A stretch of DNA of 64,000 nucleotides from the human T2T-CHM13v2.0 reference genome, Homo sapiens. The position numbers were made by a program, and so were the translations under genes. The notes beneath the pieces were generated by a model. It had not been told where the DNA came from. It searched no databases and saw nothing but the letters and a program-made list of their open reading frames with translations. Positions 57,271-64,000 of the stretch are shown one piece after another; position 1 is the first letter of the stretch; every line of letters begins with the position of its first letter. The stretch lies in assembly GCF_009914755.1 (NCBI RefSeq), contig NC_060926.1; one strand, written 5' to 3'.

Positions 57271-60200
57271 TTTTCTCCCATTCTGTAGATAGTCTGTTTA
57301 CTCAGTTGATTACTTCTTTTATAATTTTCTGCTGTGCAGAAGATTTTTAGTTTTAGTCTCATTTGCCTATTTTTGTTTTTGTTGCATTTTCTTTTGAAAA
57401 TTCAGTCCTAAATTATTTGCCTAGAACAATGGGCAAAAGATCTTCTTGGGTTTTTATAACTTCAAGTCTAACATTTAATCCATATGAGTTAATTTTTGAA
57501 TATGGTGAGAGATACAGGTCTAGTTTTATTTACCTGCATATGGCTCAGCAGTTATCCCAGCACCACTTATTGAATTAGGTTTCCTTTCCCCAGTGTATAT
57601 TTTTGCTGGCTTTGTAAAAGATCATTTCGTTTTAGATATGTGGCTTTATTTCTGGGTTCTCTACTCTGTTCCATTTATCTGTGTGTCTATTTTTATACTA
57701 GTATCATGGTGTTTTTGTTACTATAGCTTTGTAGTATAATTTGATGTCAGGTAATGTGATACCTGTAGCTTTATTCTTTTTGCTTAGGATAGCGATGGCT
57801 ATTTGGACCCTTTTTCATTTCCATGTAAATTTAATTTTTTTTCTATTTATCAAAGAATGATAGTAGTTTGACAGAAATTGCATTGAATCTATGGATTGCT
57901 TTGGGCAGTATGGTCACTTTAATGATACTGATTCTTCCAATCCATGAGCATCACTGTTTTTCCATTTGTGTCATCTATTGTTTCCCGTATCAGTGTTTTA
58001 TAGTTCTCCTTGTAGAGATCTTTCACCTCCCTAGTTAAATGCATTCCTATGCATTTTTTATTTGTTTTGTGTAGCTATTGTAAATGGGATTGAGTTCTTG
58101 ATTTGGTTCCCAGCTTGATGATTATTGGCATATAGAAACACAACTGATTTTTGTAAGTTGATTTTGTAGCCTGATTCTTTACTGAAGTCACTTATAAAAT
58201 CTAGGAGGCATTTGGAGGAGTCCTTAGGGTTTCTAGGTATAAAATTGTATCATCAGTGAACAGAGATAATTTGACTTCCTCTTTGCCAATTTAGATGTCT
58301 TTTATTTCTTTCTTTTGTCTGATTACTCTGACTAGGACTTCAAGTACTATGTTGAATAAGAGTGAAGAGAGTGGACATCATTGTCCTTTTCCCAGTTCTT
58401 AAGAGGAATGCTTTTAATTTTTCCCATTCCAGTGTCATGTTTTCTATGGGTTTGTCATATATGGCTTTTATTATTTTGAGTTATGTTCTTTCTGTGCCTA
58501 GCATAGCAAAGGTTTTTCATTAGGAAGTGATGCTGAATTTTATCAAATGCTTTTTCTGTATCTATTTATATAATCATATGCTTTTGTTTTGAATTCTGTT
58601 TATGTGGTGAATCATATTTATTAATATGCATATGTAAAACCAAACTTTCATCCCTATAACAAAATCCACTTAGTAACAGTATATTATCTTTTTGATGTGT
58701 TGTTGGTTTCTGTTTACTAGTATTTTGTTGAGGATTTTCACATCTATGTTCACCAAAGATATTGGTCTGTAGTTTTCCTTTTTTTGTAGTGTCTTTGCCT
58801 GGCATTAGTATCAAGGCAATGCTGGCTTTATAAAATGAGTTAGGGAAGATTTTCTCTCCTCAATTTTTGGGAACAGTTTTAGCAAGTTTAGTATCACTAC
58901 TTCATTGTGTATCTGGTAGAATTTGTCTCTGAAACTACCTGGTCCTAGGCTTTTTTTTTATTATTAAGATTTTTTTATTACCAATTTACTTTCACTACTC
59001 ATTATTGGTCTGTTCAGGATGTCTACGTCTTCCTGATTCAATCTTGGGAGGCTGTATCTTTCCAGGAATTTATCCATTTTCTCTAGACTTTCTAGTTTGT
59101 GTACATAGAGATGCTCATAGTAGTCTCTGATGATCTTTTATATTTTTGTTGTATCAGTTGTAATGACATCTTTATCATTTCTGATTGTGCTTATTTGAAT
59201 CTTCTCTCTTTATTTCTTGGTAAATCTAGCTACTGGTCTATCAGTTTTATCTTTTCAAAGAACATATTTTACATTTCAATGATTTTTTTTTTTTGGTCTC
59301 CATTTCATTTAGTTCAGCTCTGATCTTTGTTATTTCATTTCTTCTGCTAGCTTTGAATATGGTTTGTTCTTGTTTACTTCATTAACATGCAACATTAGGT
59401 TGTTAATTTGAGTTATTTCTATATTTTTGATGTAGACATTTAAGGGTATAAAGTTCCCGCTTAGCACTGCTTTAGCTGTATCCCAGAAGTTTTTGTATAT
59501 TGTGTCTGTATTTTCATTTGTTTCCAAAAACATTTTGGTGTCCACTTTAATGTCATCATTGACTCAACAATTATTCAGGAGCAGATTATTTAATTTTCAT
59601 GTATTTGTGTGGTTTTCAGCATTCCTCTTGGTGTTGACTTCTAGTTTTATTCCATTGTGGTAAGATAATGTACTTGATATAATTTCAATTTTTTCAAATT
59701 TATCACGACTTGCCTTGTGGCATAGTATATGGTCAATTTTTGAGAATGTCCTATGCACAGACAAGAAGCATGTATATTCTCAGGTTTTTGGGTAGAATAT
59801 TCTGTAAATATCTTTTAGGTTCATTTGTTCTAGAGTCCAATTTAAATCCAGAGTTTCTTTGTTACTTTTCTACATGGATAATCTGTCTAATGTTGTCAGT
59901 GGAGTATTCAAATCCTCCACTATTATTGTGTTAGTGTCTATCACTTTTCTTAAGCCTAGTAGTATTTGGTTTATGAATATGAATGCATATATATTTAGAA
60001 TTGTTATATATTCTTATTGAATTGATCCCTTTATCATTATATGATTACCTTCTTCACCTTTTTTTTTTTTTTTACTGTTGTTGATTTAAAGTCTATTTTA
60101 TCTAAGTATAGTTACTCCTGTCACTTATGGTTTCTCTTTGCATGAAATATATTTTTGCACCCTTTTACTTTGAGTCTGTAAATAGGTGGGTTTTTTTAAT

Positions 60201-63200
60201 GCAACAAAGGATTGGGTATTGGCCTTTATCCATTATACATATCCAGCATATATCTTTTAAGTGAAGCATTTAGTCAATTTATGTTTAAGGTTACTATTGA
60301 TATGTGACCTTTTGTCATACAATGTTAATGTTCATACTTTTCATTTTTCATAATGTTAATTTTTATCTAATTACTTTTCAATCTTGATTGTGTAATTGAT
60401 TTATAAGACCTGGGAGTTTTATACTTTTGTATGTTTTTTGATGTCAAGTATTACTATTTTGTCCATGTTTAGAATTTCTTTGAGCATTTCTTGTAGTTTC
60501 AGTTTAGTGGTGAAAAATTCTCTAAGTGTTTGCTTGTCTGGAAAAGACTCTTTTTTTAAAAAAAATTTTTGAAGCTTAGTTTGACAAGATACTAAATTAT
60601 TGGGCAGCATTTTTTTTTTTCTTTAAGAAGACTGAAAATAAGACCCAGTCTTTTCTGGCTTGTAAAGTTTTAGCTGAGAATTCTTCTATTAGTCTGTTGG
60701 GATTCGCTTTATAGGTGATTAGATGCTTCTCTCTTGCCACTTTTATATTTTTTTTCTTCACATCACCTTTGGATAATCTGTTGACTATATGCCTCCATGA
60801 GGTTCTTAATGCAATGCATTTTTCAGGAGTTCACTGAACTTCTTACACCTGGATAACTAGATCTCTAGTAAGACCTGGGAACTTTTCCTGAATTCGTCTC
60901 TCAAACAGTGTTTCATACTTTATACTTTTTCTTCTTCTCCCTCTAGAATAGCTTAACTTGTAGTTCTTGGTGCTTTACATAATCCCGTACTTCTCCGAGA
61001 TTTTATTCGTTTTTTAAAAATCTTTTTTTATTTTTATTTTTGTCTTATGAGGTTAATATGAAGAGCTGTGTTCCAGCTCTAAAGTTCATTATTCTTCTTG
61101 GTCAGGGCTATTTTTGAAGTTTTTAACTGTATTTTGTAATTCCCTCAATGAATTTTTCACTTGCAGAACTTCTATTTTATTATTTAAAATAATAACTGTC
61201 TCTTCTTTTATATCCCAAATTGTGTTTTTTTTTCTAATTTATATGTGTTGTTTTTCAACTTTCTCTTTAATATCATTGAGCTTCTTTAAAGTTAATATTT
61301 TGAATTCTTTATCTGGTATTTCCAAAATTTAATTTTGGTTAGGATTCATTGCAGGAAAGTTAGTGTGATCTTAAGACGGTGTTGTGACAATCTGTTTTTC
61401 ATACTGTCAGAATTGTTTCTCTGGTTTCTTCTCATTTAAATAAGCCATCTCTCCTTATTTTTGAATTTATTTTCTTTTGGATAGTATTTCTCCCCTCCGT
61501 GACCCCAAGGATGTGACTAAAATGCATGTTGTGTAGGGTCCTTTAGCTTTGGTTCTGGGTGCTTTCAGTGGCAAAGACTCTCTATAGGTTCCTTTGTTAT
61601 ATGTGGCATTTGTATAGTGAGTGTATTTCTCAGATGCTGGTTGTAGTAGCAATATACTAGATGTGTGAGTGGGCTCACTGCCTCGTGTAGGCCAGTATGG
61701 CAGAGGTGTCTGGAAGCTTATTTCTCAGTGCTGTGCACTTGTGCCAGCAGATTTTGTATTGGGTTGTGCAGTTCATTCTCTAGGCCAATGGGTGCTTCAT
61801 ATGGATAAGAGCCAGCTGTGGCCAATGCAGATAGGTATATACTTGATCTTAGTTTACTGTGAGATGCTGTCTGTTGCGTCAAGCAATTAGCTATCCCATA
61901 CAATTCACAGTCATCTGTGCTCCCTGCTCGTTCCTGGAGAGAGAAAACAAGCTGGGTGGAACTAGACTGGGCAAGTCCATCTATACATCCCCTAATGGCA
62001 GGTATAAGCACTAGCTTTGTGGGGGTGTCTGGAAGGCAGTAGCCAAGTGGCAAGAGATGTCCCTGGGCATGGAGTAGAGAAATATCCACTGCCTCAAGTT
62101 CTCTGCCTGGAAATGGATGGGCAGCCCATACTCATAATCTAAGATATGGGTGCTTCAAATGCCTGGAGATACATTCAGCCATGGAGCAGAGGGGGCGCTG
62201 CCACACCAGAATCTTGGCACCTGAAAGGAGGGGTGGCTCAGGCTGAGCAGGTGCACTGAATGCCTGGAAATATGCCCTGGTGTGAAGTGTAGAGGTTGGT
62301 GCTGCATCAGGATCTCTGCATGAGAAATAAGGGGTGGGTCAGGCTCCTATATCAGGTGAGTAAGTGTGACAAAGGTCTGATAATATGCCTGGGTATGGGG
62401 TAGAGACAGTGCAACTGTGTCAAAATTTCTGCACAGGAAAGGAGGTGTGACTCAGGTTCCTAATCCAGGCAAGGGAGTGGGCTGAAAGCTCAAAATTATG
62501 CCCAGTTATGAAGCAGTGAAGACAGCGAAGACACCACAGCATCAAAATCTCTCTGCAGGAAAGGAAGGACAACTCAGGCTCCTATCCACATGAGTTGATG
62601 TATTGAGTGCTTGTAATTATGCCTGAGTGTGAGGTGAAAAGGGCAATGCTGCACCACGGTCTGTGCACAGAAAGAGAGGCATGGCTCAGGTCTCCATTCT
62701 AGGCCACTTGGTAGGCCAAATGCTGGAAATATGTTCCCCAGAAAGAAGCAGAGTAATTTCTGTGAAGCAGAGTAGCTGCTGCTGCAACAAGGTCTTTGCA
62801 GGGGAAGGGAAGGTAGTCTCAGGGGTGGGGTCTGCCTCCCTACACTTCTCAAAACTTGTGGGGCACACTGTCCTGACTGACCAAAGGAACTGACTACCCA
62901 GCAATGACACTAGTCCCAGACTGCAAAGCTCTTCTGGCCACACAAATCATGCCACCCGGAGAAGCAGTGGCTTCAGCAATTCCTCTGCTCCAGTCACAGT
63001 GCCTACTGCTGGGGTGCAGTCTACACTCATCACTCAGTTCTGATTGTGGGTACCCTTCCCCTGCTCCAGAGTAAGTGCTCCATTCTCCAGCCAGAGTCCA
63101 AAGTCCCTGTGGCAGCTGCCCCTGCTGGGTCACCAAAAATTACTGACTTCTTTATATGAAACTAGATTGAAAACAGTGTCCTCTCAGTCCAAGTCTGGGA

Positions 63201-63616
63201 AAATTTCCGCAGCTTTTCTGGCATCTTTCCCTCATACCCTCTCCCAGCCTCTCCCCAAGTTAGCTCCAGGGCTTCGGAGAAACAAGGTGCTCTCCCGTGG
63301 CCTTGGTTGGACGAATCTCTAGTTAAAAAGTGAATCATAAATGAAAAGTGCCTCTTTTATGCACTGAGGCTTCACTCACTTTTATCAGTCAAATGCTGTC
63401 ACACAGGCTGCTTGTAAACCTTCTCTTCCCCAGTATCCGGAGTGTCCCTCACTTTTTGGGTGAATTCTGTATTCCTTCTTGAGTAAAAGCTCACAGTGTT
63501 GCTGTTTATACACCATTTTGTTATTTCCAAGTGAATGAAGCATGCTAAAAGCCTCTAATCCACCATCTTGGGAAAGAAAAAAAAACAAGAAGAGCTTTAA
63601 TAAAAAAGGATTGGTC

Positions 63617-63854
63617 GGCCAGATGCGGTAGCTCAGGTCTGTAATTCCAGCACTTTGGGAGGCCGAGGCGGGTAGATCTTGAGGTCAGGAGATCGACACC
63701 ATCCTGACTAACACGGTGAAACCCCGTCTCTACTGAAAATACAGAAAAATTAGCCAGGCGTGGTGGTGGGCGCCTGTAGTCCCAGCTACTCGAGAGGCTG
63801 AGGCAGGAGAATGGCGTGAACCCGGGAGGTGGAACTCGCAATGAGCCGAGATCG
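63617..63854 (+). mobile_element. 3'-truncated AluY
   Basis: Y diagnostics; stops at gagccgagatcg with no 3' end or tail. Confidence 0.92.
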
Positions 63855-64000
63855 GGCGAAGTGACTCGCGCCTGTAATCCCAGCACTTTGGGAGGCTGAG
63901 GCGGGCAGATCACTTGAGGTCAGGAGTTTGAGACCAGCCTGGCCAACATGGTGAAACCCTGTCTCTACTAAAAATACAAAAATTAGCTGGGCGTGGTGGT
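63853..64000 (+). mobile_element. AluS (Sx/Sz-like) left arm, continuing beyond the window
   Basis: cgggcgaagtgactcgcgcctgtaatccc..gatcacttgaggtcaggagtttgagaccagcctggccaacatgg. Confidence 0.93.

Noticed and set aside
61960-62830. Roughly 120-130 bp quasi-periodic units (ctctgcac/aggaaagg..ctcagg..aatgcctgga), and similar modules at 24990-25530 and 31070-31500
   Set aside because: They lie in the 5'UTRs of old L1s, which are known to be modular; not a CRISPR-like or novel array.

Overview
Primate (very likely human or great-ape) non-coding, AT-rich, repeat-dense genomic DNA. I find no intact protein-coding gene, and I see no evidence of a new biological system. Most ORF-track entries are LINE-1, Alu or LTR fragments. 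The main non-repeat feature is an intronless, multiply frameshifted processed pseudogene of CRTC1 (about 52951-55389, + strand). It forms a CpG-rich island inside an antisense L1, ends at a proximal poly(A) signal, lacks a target-site duplication (TSD) and sits where about 0.5 kb of the host L1 is missing. Other retrotransposition relics: a 33-nt tailless U2 snRNA retrocopy with a 13-bp TSD (13338-13370); a young twin-primed (5'-inverted) L1PA with a 10-bp TSD that lost its RT core (16941-19356); two L1-in-L1 nested stacks (24367-36121 and about 48740-63575); an AluJ/AluS pair reusing one target site; and an AluY-AluS fusion at the right edge. The unique DNA holds several speculative regulatory motif clusters and three candidate + strand exons. 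Repeat subfamily names come from my recall of consensus sequences and need RepeatMasker/Dfam confirmation.
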